NCBI RefSeq assembly: GCF_028641065.1
Contig: NC_073383.1
Coordinates: 53,444,001-53,508,000, forward strand
Length of the DNA stretch: 64,000 nt
Direction of reading: 5' to 3'
Source: Leucoraja erinacea
Lineage: Eukaryota
How positions within the stretch are numbered: the stretch's first letter is position 1; every line of letters starts with the position of its first letter. The notes beneath the pieces were generated by a model that was given only the letters and a program-made list of their open reading frames with translations, made no database searches and was not told the DNA's origin. The translations under genes and the position numbers were made by a program. Of this stretch, positions 1-12,037 are shown in pieces.

Positions 1-3000
1 AAGTCCAGAGGCACCGCAATTATTATTCGCAAAGGAATACCATTCAAATCAAAGAACATTATATCAGATAAGGAAGGGAGATATCTTATAGTTACAGGAG
101 AGATCCATGCTACGCCAATCACTTTGGTAAACATATATGTGCCCAATTTTGATAATCCTCAATTTTTTAATAAAATCCTGAATACAATCGCAAAATTTTA
201 CTACCAAAATGTTATAATTGGAGGAGACTTCAACTGTGTTTTAGATCCATACTTAGATAAATCGATGCAAAAACAAAGAGGTAATATGAAATCTAAAACT
301 AGCGAACTCTTAAATGCATATATAAAAAATACAAATATAGCAGACGTCTGGAGGATCTCGAATCCGACTGGAAGGGAATACTTGTTTTATTCAATGGTAC
401 ACAAAACATACTCACATATAGACTACTTCCTAGTGGATACAAAACTTATCCCTTATACTATGAACCCTAAATATCACACCAATACAATTTCAGATCACTC
501 CCCGTTAACTTTTGTTTTAAAATTAGAAGGAATGTCTATGAGCAAATCATTCTGGAGGTTTAACTCGCAAATTTTGAAAGACCCACAAGGGAGGATATAT
601 CTAAAAAAACAGATGGACCTATTTTTTGAGACAAACGATACACCAGATATATCGCCCACTTTACTATGGGAATCCTTCAAAGCTACATTAGAGGAGTCAT
701 TATCCTGTATCAAGCTTTTCAAAACAAAAAGAATAAGAATGAACAAAGACAATTAGAAGAACAAATCAGACAACTAGATATAGATAATGCTAAAGATCCA
801 ACTATGGATAAACATAATTAAATTTTAATACTGAAATTTAAGCTAAATAAATTATTGTCAGAGAAGGTTATAAGATTATTCTAAATTACAAAACAAGAAC
901 ATTTCGAATTTGGGGATAGACCCCATAAACCTTTGGCACGCCAACTGAAAAAACGGAAAAAAGATCATGCAATTTTAAAGATTAAATCAGATAGAGGGGA
1001 ATTATTAACACTACCTAATGATATCAATAAAAGATTTGCTCAATTTTACAAGAATTTATACACATCGAAAACACTAATAGACAATAATAAAGTTTCAGAA
1101 TTTATGGACAATTGTAACCTTCCAAAACTAGAACTGAAGGAACTGGGAGCACAAATTACATCTAAGGAAATAGAAGACACAATAAGCACACTTAAGAATG
1201 GAAAAACATCAGGACCAGACGGATTCACTAATGAATTTTATAAATGTTTTTACGACATAGTTACACCACGTCTACAGAAAATGTATACATACGCTTTTAA
1301 AGAGCAAATCTTACCTGAAACACTAGCAGAATCAACGATCACATTAATACTTAAAAAAGATAAAGATATAGAAGAACCAGGCTCATATAGAGCTATTGCT
1401 TTGTTAAATACGGATCAAAAAATATTAGCGAAAACACTAGCTAGAAGACTGTCAATATGTTAGTAAATTAATAAATGAGGATCAAACGGGATTTATACCC
1501 AAGAGACATTCATTTAATAACCTGAGACATCTGCTTAACATAATGCACTCTCACAAACCTCAAGAACAAGAGTTATCTATCATTTCATTGGACGCAGAAA
1601 AAGCGTTTAATCAAGTAGAATGGGATTATATGATTAAAGCATTGCAAACATTTCAAATGGGAGAGAACTTCATCGCATGGATAAAATTATTATATAACAA
1701 ACCCACGGCTAGAATATTAACTAATAATATACTATCTACAAAATTCCAATTAACAAGGGGCAATAGACAAGGATGTTCATTATCACCGCTGTTATTTGCT
1801 CTGGTAATTGAACCTTTAGCTGAAAAAATTAGAACACACTCGGATATTTACGGTTATAATAAAAAATATTCAAATAACAAAATATCCTTATACGCAGACG
1901 ATGTACTACTGTATATCACAAAACCCCAAATCAGTATACCAAACATATTAAATCTAATTGAGGACTTTGGATCTTTCTCAGCATACAGAATAAACTGGAA
2001 CAAAAGTGAAATTATGTCGATAAAACCGAAAGACTCAACACATCTTTTGAAATTCCCCTTTAAAATAGCCACAGAAAAATTTAAATATTTAAGAATTGAA
2101 ATCACTAGAAACTATCACGCTATGTTTAATGCCAATTATAGTCCCTTACTTAAGAAACTAAATAATCTAATCAAATTCTGGAAAACGCTCCCGATGTCTT
2201 TAATAGGTCGAATAAATGCTATAAAAATGATCTTTTTACCACAAATCCCATATTTATTTAAATCAATACCAATATATCTTCCAAAAAGTTTTTCAAAAAA
2301 CTAGACTCAGACATTACAAATTTTATATGGGATTATAAATCCCACAGAATACAAAGAGCACACCTTAGTATACTAAAAGAGATGGGTGGTCTAGCGCTCC
2401 CTAACTTTATGTACTATAACTGGGCAGTAAATATTAAAAATATGATTCACCTGCTGGACAACTCTGCCCAGCAGGTCGACTGGATTGTAATGGAGAGAGA
2501 GGACTGCTCTCCGTGTAATACAGGAGCGATTATCCTCTCACCAATAAATCTGAATAACAAAAAATATATTAAAAATCCAATGATACATAGCACAATTAGA
2601 ACTTGGAAACAAATAAAACAGAATCTAAAATTAAGAAATCTATCTCTTTTAATGCCAATAGTCAATAACCCGTCGTTTAAACCTTCAATTGTAGATAAAT
2701 CATTTACACAATGGGAAAGAATGGGAATCAAAACGCTCGGAAACTTGTATGAATTAGGAAAATTATTATCATTTCAACAATTACAACTGAAATATAATTT
2801 GAAAAATAATCAATATTTTAAATATCTTCAAATCCATGACTATCTGAAAAAATACACAAAAGACTATCATAACATGCCCCCAGACTTATTGGATGAAGCC
2901 ATGAAGACAAAGTCTGAATCAGCAAATCTAATATCATACTTATACAACATTATTTTAAATATAGAAATACCTACAACCGATGGTATTACAAGATACAAGA

Positions 3001-3631
3001 TACAAGATACATTTAATTGTCATTTAATGACAATTAAATGTATCTTGTATCTTGTATTAGAAGAGACTGGGAACAAGAACTAGCTATACAAATTTCAAAA
3101 GAGAGCTGGGATAAACACTTACTATATGTGCATAAATGCTCGATCAACGTACGACATACTCTAATTCAATTTAAAACAAAACATTGACTATATTATTCAA
3201 AAACTAAAATAAATAAACTTTTCCCCAATGTCTCACCCATTTGTGATAAATGTCAGTCACAAGAAGCTACCATAGCGCACTATTTTGTTTTTTGCATAAA
3301 AATCCAAAAATTCTGGAACAAAATATTTGAAACCTACACAAAATTAATAAAAATAAAACTTGTACCAAAAGCAGAATGGATCATTTTTGAAATATCGGAA
3401 GGTAACTCCGAACTAAACGTGTTTCAAAAGAACTTACTTAATTACGGGCTAATAATGGGAAAAAATCTTATACTCAAATTTTAGAAAAATGCTCCAATAC
3501 CAACAATAAAAATGTGGATTTCAAACATGTTCGAAACACTACACTTGGAAGAGATGAGACTCCTCCTAGCAGGCAAAGCAGACCATTTCCAAAAGACGTG
3601 GTCCGCATTTATGGAACTATTACAAGCATAA
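1..3631 (+). pseudogene. Disrupted L1 ORF2 (endonuclease/reverse transcriptase)
   Basis: ORFs 124-756 (IIGGDFN, SHIDYFL, ISDHSP), 933-1463 (SGPDGF, SYRAIALLNTDQKI), 1543-2304 (DAEKAF, RQGCSLSPLLF, YADD at 1891-1902) and 2382-3083 (GGLALP), broken by frameshifts and stops. Confidence 0.93.
2989..3054. repeat. 66-bp palindromic insertion in L1 ORF2 with TATTA duplication
   Basis: Perfect 32-bp arms at 2993-3024 and 3026-3057. TATTA at 2984-2988 and 3055-3059. Removing the insert restores the reading DGIRRDWEQEL. Confidence 0.9.
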
Positions 3632-4224
3632 GGTGCAATAGCAATTTAAAATATAAATGGTACCAGGATCTGGTAACGGGGGGTATAAAATTAAAAAAAA
3701 ACACGGTTGGTATATCCTTTTTTGCTGAGTTTTTTGTTATAATAGAGCGATTGTTTTTCCTTTTTTTCATTCTTTCTAGGGTCTATTTCCTTTCTTTACT
3801 TCCTTCTCTAACTTCTTCCCTAAGTGGCTTTCTTTTCCGAACACTTTCCTGCACCTTCACGATTCTTGCTCACTTTCCTTACTTCTTTTATTTCTACCTT
3901 TTTTAAAGCTCGAAAAATGAAGTGGTACAACAAATGTAATAAGATATATGTGATGTGTATTACTGTAATTTACTGTACTTCTAATAAATTAAAAAAAAAA
4001 AAAATTCACACTTATACTACAGCTCAACTCAAGGGAGCTTTCTGCTTGTATGGAATGAATGTGCAGGACAAATAGACAACCATTCAATCTACTACATGAT
4101 CCTTCCAACCTCAGTTATTGAGTTGCAGTACATCAATAAATAAAGCATCATTAAATAGTTTACTGCAGCACATAAGTAAATAGACAAAACCAAACATCTG
4201 CAAAATTACGAGAAGATGAAGTAC

Positions 4225-4435
4225 AAAGAACTGCAGATGCTGTTTTACATACAGAAGGCACAAAGTGCCAGAGTAACTCAGTAGGTCAGACAGCGTTTCT
4301 AGAGAACATGGGTAGGCAACAATTCTGGTTGAGACCTTTCTTCAGAGACTGAAGGGGCCCAACTTGAAATGTCACCTATCAATGTTCTCCAGAGATGATG
4401 CTTGACCCGCTGAGGTACCCCAGGGCTTTATGTAT
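4225..4435. mobile_element. Penelope terminal-repeat (pLTR)-derived short element, head-to-head inverted pair
   Basis: Minus arm aagaactgcagatgctg...ctttcttcaga is joined to plus arm ctgaagggg...gaaatgtcacctatc...ctgaggtacccc. Both are similar to 49277-49369. Confidence 0.8.
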
Positions 4436-4479
4436 TTATCTGAAAAACTAAGATCCTTTACCAACTTGCTCTCCTGAAG

Positions 4480-4640
4480 AACAGCACCTATTACTTGCCA
4501 CACTTTATCTGGCCTCTCCCCTTTGCCTGCTTTCTTCTCCCCTCCTATATTCAGTGTAAAGAAGGGTCTAACCTATCACCTATCCATGTTCTCCAGAGAT
4601 GCTTCCTGACCTGCTGAGTTACTCCAGGACTTTATGTTCT
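4480..4640 (+). mobile_element. Degenerate Penelope pLTR-derived element
   Basis: gaagggtct...ccagagatgcttcctgacctgctgagttactccag family motif. Confidence 0.7.
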
Positions 4641-4649
4641 TTTATGAAT

Positions 4650-4845
4650 TTCTATTGGGTATTTTTGGGGTTGCATTAAGGACTTTTGTACTAGTATTAT
4701 GATATTGATTCATTGAATTTTTAAAGAATTATTATACGTTATCTGTATGTGTGTTGCTTTAGAGGCCTGTTAAGCTGCAGCAAATAAGTACTTCATTGTT
4801 CCGCTGTTTGTACATCCAGTATAACAATTAAACGCTCTTAACTCT
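4650..4845 (+). mobile_element. Old Rex1/Babar-like LINE 3' end
   Basis: gctgcagcaaataagtacttcattgttcc...acaattaaacgctctt resembles the reverse complement of the 3' end at 46420-46490. Confidence 0.45.
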
Positions 4846-5377
4846 GTTCGACTACCATGTTTCCTAGATTATACTTGATTATTTCAACATATATTTTGGG
4901 ACAATGAAAGGATGTGAAATGCAAATGCAAATCTTAATTATTCCTTTAAGTGCACAGGACTTACCAGTTTAAACTAATTAACCTGGTGCATATCTGCATT
5001 AGGATTACATTTATGATAAGAGTATATATCGGATTTTGGATACGTTAAATAATTTTGATTTTATGCCCTTGTGTAGTGACTCTTTGTCCCAGTTCACTTT
5101 GTTCTGCAGATATCTGGCAATGCATCTGTCCTGTGTGTCACTGGAGCATTCCCAAGGCAGGCAATGCCATGGCTGTAGTCCCCAACCACGGAACAACGAA
5201 GCAAAGTAGTTAACCTCTATAACCTTTACATGTTGTATAGAGGCATTATGTGGTAACTGCCATTACAAAACAGTCAGAGTCACGAGCTGCAAACATTCTT
5301 CACGTAGATTTTAAAGCAATGTACTGACAATTATATACAATTAACCCTAATGATGCTGTTGCATGCCAAAAGAAATT

Positions 5378-5451
5378 TATCGACCCAAAACATTCCTTCT
5401 ATCTAGAGATGCTGCCTATACTGCTGAGTTACTCCAGCATTTTGTGTCTAT
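5378..5451 (+). mobile_element. Penelope pLTR-derived fragment
   Basis: tcgacccaaaac...gagatgctgcc...ctgagttactccagcattttgtgtctat. Confidence 0.75.
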
Positions 5452-6025
5452 CCCAAATGATGTATTACGGCCAAAACAAAGTATTCTACTTACCATACTA
5501 TTCATCAGTGAAAATTAAGCGATTGTCAAATAATGCAAATAAGCATTAAACTTTACCTCAATATAAAAAACTTGTGTTCCTTAAAAGGAAGGGCGATGGT
5601 TTAAACAGCACACATTTGCAGATTTTAATTATTCCCTGAAGCAAAATATTTAAAACATGGTGCAAATTGTACAAGCAAATTGTAATTATGTTTGTACATA
5701 TTATGAATATATCTCGCATCTATTTAAAATTTGAAAATATATCCAAATATTCAACCACATAAGCAGGAAATGTTCTTTGTTGTTAAATATATTTGAAGTT
5801 TGTACTCTGTATGGTTAAACAATTGTGTTCTGATCATTGTTTCACATGTTAAGAAAACAATTGTAATAAATAGATTGAGTTGAGTTAAGTGCAGAGTTAA
5901 TATAGGATATTGGAAACCAGACAAAAACACCCAGAACACTCACATTTATTTTGGTGCAAGCAATCCTGTACAAGCATCTGTCATAAATTAATTAAATAGA
6001 AAAAATGGCTGTAGGAAAAGACTGT

Positions 6026-6145
6026 AGGAACTGCAGATGCAGATTACAAAAGAGGACACAATGTGCTCTCGTAACTCAACAGGTCAGGCAACATCTTTGG
6101 AGAACACAGATAGCTGACTTTTTGGATCTTATCCCTTCTTCAGAC
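6026..6145 (-). mobile_element. Penelope pLTR-derived element
   Basis: aggaactgcagatgc...gtaactcaacaggtcaggc...cccttcttcagac, the reverse complement of the family consensus. Confidence 0.75.
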
Positions 6146-7149
6146 CTGAGGGTCTCGAAGGGTCTTGAGCAGGCTCCCGAGTAAAAATGGCTTATTTTAT
6201 CAAATATTTCCAGTAGTCAGTTAACTGAACATACAGTATACCTGATCACCTATCTTTATTAATTCCCTACAATGAAACAACGACAATCCATAATTATTTC
6301 TCAGCTGCAGCCGTTCCTAATGATATGTATTCATTAATATTTGTGTGCTGCAGAACACTTCTGGCACTATCGTCCCAGAAGGTTCATGTACCATCTTCTT
6401 ACACAATGCATGTTACTGTATAATCCAAACCATTAAGCAGGTAAGAGATAGAATATGCATGAGATGTACAGAGACCTCTCTCCTGTTTGTATCTGAAGAT
6501 TTATAGTGATACATATTAAAAGAGAAAGAACAGAATTGTATACACTATCTAAATGGGGACAGAAAAAAAAATCATAAATAAATAAAAGTTCCAATTGAAA
6601 CAATTATCATGCCACAAAGGCTGAAAGGCAGTCACCAAAAGAAATACAGACAACCAGATTCAATAGAACCAGGAATTAGAATGCACAATTAAAGCGTGCC
6701 TGTTCGCTGAAATTCATGCAACTCTGTGTGGCCTGCTAATTATAATGATTGCAGCATTCAGGCAGCACTAATCATTCTTTTCATTGTCTTGACACTTTAG
6801 CAGTGAGACAAATTATAAGTGGCTTCACCCTCTTAAATGGAAAATGCATTGTGGATGCAGCAAGTACTGTCAGGCACATTACAAATTACGATAATTTGGG
6901 AAACGATGAAGAAAGGCACAACATGAGAAAGTGCGTGTTCCAAGGTTCAAATTCTGCACTGATCTGGCTGGAGGAGTTGAAAAGGAAGGCTTATGTGACT
7001 GCAGAGAACTCTAATGCCCTCCATTACAAAAGCAGAAGGAAGTGGAAATAGTGAACTTTGGGTCAATGTCAGGAGTAAAACTCCAAAGATCCTGATACCA
7101 TGACAAAAAAAAATCAAAGTGTGGACAGTGAAGCCATCATTAAACACCA

Positions 7150-8622
7150 TATCTACCAAATACACTGTGAGCCTGAGTCATCCCAACAGGCCTTTCAGGT
7201 GAGCCAGGGGNNNNNNNNNNNNNNNNNNNNNNNNNNNNNNNNNNNNNNNNNNNNNNNNNNNNNNNNNNNNNNNNNNNNNNNNNNNNNNNNNNNNNNNNNN
7301 NNNNNNNNNNNNNNNNNNNNNNNNNNNNNNNNNNNNNNNNNNNNNNNNNNNNNNNNNNNNNNNNNNNNNNNNNNNNNNNNNNNCAAAAACTCCATTCAGG
7401 CTGATGNNNNNNNNNNNNNNNNNNNNNNNNNNNNNNNNNNNNNNNNNNNNNNNNNNNNNNNNNNNNNNNNNNNNNNNNNNNNNNNNNNNNNNNNNNNNNN
7501 NNNNNNNNNNNNNNNNNNNNNNNNNNNNNNNNNNNNNNNNNNNNNNNNNNNNNNNNNNNNNNNNNNNNNNNNNNNNNNNNNNNNNNNNNNNNNNNNNNNN
7601 NNNNNNNNNNNNNNNNNNNNNNNNNNNNNNNNNNNNNNNNNNNNNNNNNNNNNNNNNNNNNNNNNNNNNNNNNNNNNNNNNNNNNNNNNNNNNNNNNNNN
7701 NNNNNNCATCTACCGAGACTCACTGGCCATGAGTCACTGAACAGGACTCCATCCATGTGCATTCAGGTGAGCCAGGGGTTCATGTGCATTTCTCCAATCC
7801 TTGTCTAGTGCATTCAGTGCTGCCAATATGGCCTCCTTTAGTGTGATCAAGCATAGACTAGGTGACCACTTCACTGAACTCTTGAGCTCCATCCACCAAG
7901 GCATGCCTGATCTCCCAGTTGCTAATCATTTTAACTGCCTTTCCCTTTCCCATACCAACTGTTCTGTCCTTGGCCTCCTTCATTGCCAGAATGAGGCCAC
8001 ACATGAACTGGAGGAACAGCACCTCATATTCCACGTGGGATGCTTACAACCCAACAACATGAATATTTAATTATCTAATTTCAATTAATAATCCCCCTAT
8101 CCTCCACCCTTTCCCATCCCCTGTCACCCCCCATCCCTGGTGCAAACCATTTTCTCCCACCATCTCCCACCTCGCCATTCACCCTGCTCCTTTCCTCTCC
8201 TTCATACATTCATCTCTGATCCCCTCGTCCCCAATATCTTTTTTATCTCCTCTCTTTTCCCTACACACTAAGCCTTACACCCGTATTCCTCCATTGGCTT
8301 TACATTTCAGTCCTCTTCTCTCCTCATCTGACACCCATTTGTCTCCTTTTCACCTCTAGCCTTTGCTGCTACTTACTCTACCCATGTGCCGTTCAAACCC
8401 CCTCACCTGCATCCACCTGTCACATGCCAAGCTTTGTCATACCTCCCATTCCAGCATTCTCCCTACTACTACTGAAGAAGTCACAACTCAAAATGTTGTC
8501 AATACATTGCCTCTGTAGATGGTGCCTGACATACTGAGTTGAATCTGAATCTGAATCTGGAGTTCCTCCAGCACTTGGTTTTTTGGCTCAAGGTTCCAGT
8601 GTCTGCAATTTCTTTTGTTTCC
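7150..8622 (+). mobile_element. Degenerate Penelope-like element (GIY-YIG remnant + pLTR) spanning two N gaps
   Basis: ORF 7801-8070 contains KHRLGDHFTELL...PVANHFN...SVLGLLHCQNEATHELEEQHLIF, homologous to 48666-49136. A pyrimidine-rich tract and a decayed ctgaagaag tail follow at about 8472. Confidence 0.85.
7211..7706. other. Assembly gaps (7211-7383, 7407-7706)
   Basis: Runs of N. Confidence 1.
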
Positions 8623-9254
8623 ACTAGCCCCAGACTGTTCAATTCACCATGCTCCATTCATTCATTACCAATAGTCAATCAATTAAATCAAATGGCTTAA
8701 CGTGGCACTTAGAACTAAGTTGTGCTTCTCTGTCTGTATGTGTTGCTAAAAGGCCGAGGCAAAGTTACAAGGGGAAGAGTTGCAGAAATGGCCAGTTATG
8801 TTACAAACAGAAAGACTGAGCAAGTTGCCTAAAGATGTTGAATACAATATGAACTTCAGATGGCTACAATACACCCAGACTGGGATGCTTTTCTTCTTGC
8901 TTACGTTGCACCTCATTATAACAGGGCAGGAGGCCATAGTGGGATGGGATGGTGAACTAAAGTGACAGGTGATCAGAAGCTGAGATTCAATCATGCAGAC
9001 TGAATACATAACTCTGCTTTTGGAAATATTATTTTACAGCATCAAAGTCTCTTGTGTCTCTCTCGTACCATGACTTATTTCATATATGTTGAGAGTAATA
9101 AAGATTACAGGACAAAAATACAAAAAAAAAGATATTACTTTGGATGATAATTCTACATTGTTAAAATGTTAGGTTGTTTGCAGATATATGAAAGCTTGAT
9201 ACCGTGAAACAGTAAATTATCTTATCATATTAATGGTGTGTGTGATGCTTTACC

Positions 9255-9560
9255 AGTCATGAAGGCACACCAGCTCCTCCATTTTTTTAGGTTTAAAAAG
9301 ATTTGGCATGCCACTGAATGCTCCAACAGATTTCCGCAGATGCACTCTAGAAAGTATCCTGGCAGGTTGCATCATCGCCTGGTATGACAATTCCAATACA
9401 CAGGAATTCAAGTGGCTGCAGACTGATCCATCAGAACATTTCACATGAGGTCCTGCCGGAGAAGGTGGCATCTACCATAGAGGATCAGAACTATCCAAGC
9501 CAAGGCCTGTTCTCATTACTACAATTATCTAGGAGATACAAAAGTCTGAAGTTTCATCTA
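9255..9560 (+). mobile_element. Rex1/Babar-type LINE RT remnant
   Basis: Translates to KAHQLLHF..RFKRFG...FRRCTLESILAGCIIAWY, homologous to ORF 46805-47284. Confidence 0.75.
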
Positions 9561-9567
9561 ATTACAA

Positions 9568-9981
9568 GAACATAGAACAGTACAGTGCAAGAACAGTCCA
9601 TATAGTCTACAATGTCTGTGCCAAAAATAATGACAAGTTAAACTAATCTCTGCCTGCGTGACCCATCCAAATTCAAGCCCTGCATACATGTGTGGATATC
9701 TAAAGGCTTATTAAATGCCTCTACATATCTGCCTCCACCACCACCCCTGGCAATGTGGCCCAGCCTCACACCACTCTCTATGTAAAAAATCTCTGCACAT
9801 TTCCTTTAAACTTTGCCCATCGCACCTTCAAGCTATGCCTTGTAACATTTAACATTTCCACCCCGGGAGAAAGGTTCTCACTGTCAACTCCATCTATGCC
9901 TCTCATAATTGTATATACTTCTATCAGGTCTCCCCTGAACCGCCAAGATTCCAGAGAAAACAATCCAAGTTTGTCCAAACT
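9568..9981 (-). mobile_element. CR1 LINE 3' fragment
   Basis: ORF 9778-9978 reads DKLGLFSLESWRFRGDLIEVYTIMRGID...FFT, followed by a CR1-type tail. Confidence 0.85.
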
Positions 9982-11396
9982 TAGAGCACTGATGTGGGAT
10001 GAATTATTTTACAAGCAGGGACGGTTGTTAGGAAGACAAGTATGTGCACAATATTCTTCCACAAATAACAATGAAGTGGACAATGAGATAAACCATGCGT
10101 AGCAACATTAGTTGAGGGATTGTGTAAATGTAATGTAATTATGTGAAGCACAGAAGATTAAGTATTAAATCTGGTGTCATATGATGGTGTGACATGATGG
10201 AAAGGAACTTGGGTTCCCTGACACTCCAAGTTACCGTTGGCCAGTTTACTGCTGTGCAAATGCATTCCCTTCACAATACAGGTAAGAAAATTCCTGTCAT
10301 ACCTCTAAGACAGCATGACAGCAATATGTTGCCTTCAGTGGGACAATGAAAATATCTTGTAAATGGATACATACAGGCAGCACCCAGCAATTTAACAGCT
10401 ATAAAAACCAACAATTAAAAATAAATGAGGGAAAAGTGCTGAATCCAAGAATATATGATCTAATTCAATGACACCCACAACTGCTGTATAGCCAATTTGG
10501 CTACCTGTGCTCCAATTTTAAATGGTCTGCTTGATCCAGCAGTCATTTGTGTGGTTGAATCAGACATGCCACTGAGCCTCCAGAGGTGTATTTTACCCAC
10601 GGCACCTCAGGTAGAGCCATATCCAAGGTATTCTGCAGCAATGCCACTAATGTTTGCTCCAACTCGAGGAGCAGAATATGGTACAAATACTGATCAGTGA
10701 ATTAATCTTTTCTAAAGAGCTCTACACTTCTAATTAAGAATACAAGAAGAAATCTCATTCCATAACACCTTTAACTTTTTATGTGTCTTACATATCAATG
10801 ACATCGCTCAGTGTCTGTGACAGTCATGTTTCCTATCACTTCTACTGCAACATCAAAGCTTATAAATAATGGTGCTGAATAATTAACATTGATGAAACAA
10901 TGTAGCACAAAGAATAATCTGTCATTAATTATTAAGGACACAGTAATATCACAGGTAGGCAAAAATGCTGGAGGAACTCAGCGGGTGAGGCAGCTTTAAT
11001 GGAGCGAAGGAATACGCAACGTTTCAGGTCAAGACCCTTCTTCAAATTAATGTGGGGGGGGGCGGGAAAATGAAAGGAAGAGGCGGAGTCAGTAGGCTGT
11101 GGGAGACCTGGGAAGGGGAGGGGTGTAATGAGTGTAGTCGTACACGTGTCAAAACACAACACATATTTATTAAAGTCCACTTACAGCATTGGTCTACAGG
11201 ACGTTACAGTACCTAACAGCTACTCAGACTGCCTTACGTAAGCAAGCTCTTGATAATATAAATTGAATCTAGGCGGAGCCACTGCTAACAAGCACTACAA
11301 TTGGTTAATAGGAAATAACCAATCTACATCTTTCCTTGTAGAAACAAAATAAAGCATAGATACGTGGAAACATGGTGCCTAAATAATATAGTGGCT

Positions 11397-11544
11397 NNNN
11401 NNNNNNNNNNNNNNNNNNNNNNNNNNNNNNNNNNNNNNNNNNNNNNNNNNNNNNNNNNNNNNNNNNNNNNNNNNNNNNNNNNNNNNNNNNNNNNNNNNNN
11501 NNNNNNNNNNNNNNNNNNNNNNNNNNNNNNNNNNNNNNNNNNNN
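11397..11544. other. Assembly gap
   Basis: Run of N. Confidence 1.
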
Positions 11545-12037
11545 TTTCAAGAGTCTCAAGGACACCTTACAAAAATTTAGCAGGTAGAGGAAAAACATGT
11601 AAGGGGAATTAAATAAATAGTAGAGACATGACTAGTACACAAATTAAAGACAGAATTCAATTCAAAACACAATATGAGGCAATTCATGCACAAATGAAAA
11701 GGGAGGGGGACGTGGGGCTAAGGATAGGCAGAGGTGAAGAGATGGGTCTTGAGGCGGGACTGGAAGATGGTGAGGGACACGGAATTGCGGATCAGTTGGG
11801 GGAGGGAGTTCCAGAGCCTGGGAGCTGCCCTGGAGAACGCTCTGTCCCCAAAACTGCGGAGGTTGGACGTGGATGGAGAGGAAACCGGCTGATGTAAATC
11901 TGAGGGACCGTGAGGGATGGTAGGGGGAGAGGTGGTCAGTGAGATATGGGGGGGGGGGGGGCAGATGGTGGAGGGCTTTGTAGGTGAGGACCAGGATTTT
12001 GTAGGTGATCCGGTGCGAGATGGGAAGCCAGTGAAGC
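11545..12037 (-). mobile_element. L2 LINE 3' end inserted in the Gypsy relic
   Basis: LHWLPISHRITYKILVLTYKALH...SRSLR / GDRAFSRAAPRLWNSLP...FQSRLKTHLF is the typical L2 RT C-terminus. Confidence 0.9.

Larger units (their letters stand above)
1..4004 (+). mobile_element. L1-clade LINE (5' part outside window), ORF2 + 3'UTR + poly(A)
   Basis: Consecutive ORF fragments carry APE endonuclease and RT motifs. T-rich 3'UTR, AATAAA at 3983-3988, A14 tail at 3991-4004. Confidence 0.95.

Noticed and set aside
5011-5255. Possible host exon (acceptor-like ttgttctgcag at 5110; open minus frame)
   Set aside because: No recognisable protein in any frame and no convincing donor. Needs RNA-seq or TBLASTX.
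7100-7808. Long ORFs in the ORF track
   Set aside because: Artefacts of translating N gaps.
10190-10287. Strong donor-like CAG|GTAAGA at 10281/10282
   Set aside because: No matching acceptor or recognisable peptide. An isolated motif is expected by chance.
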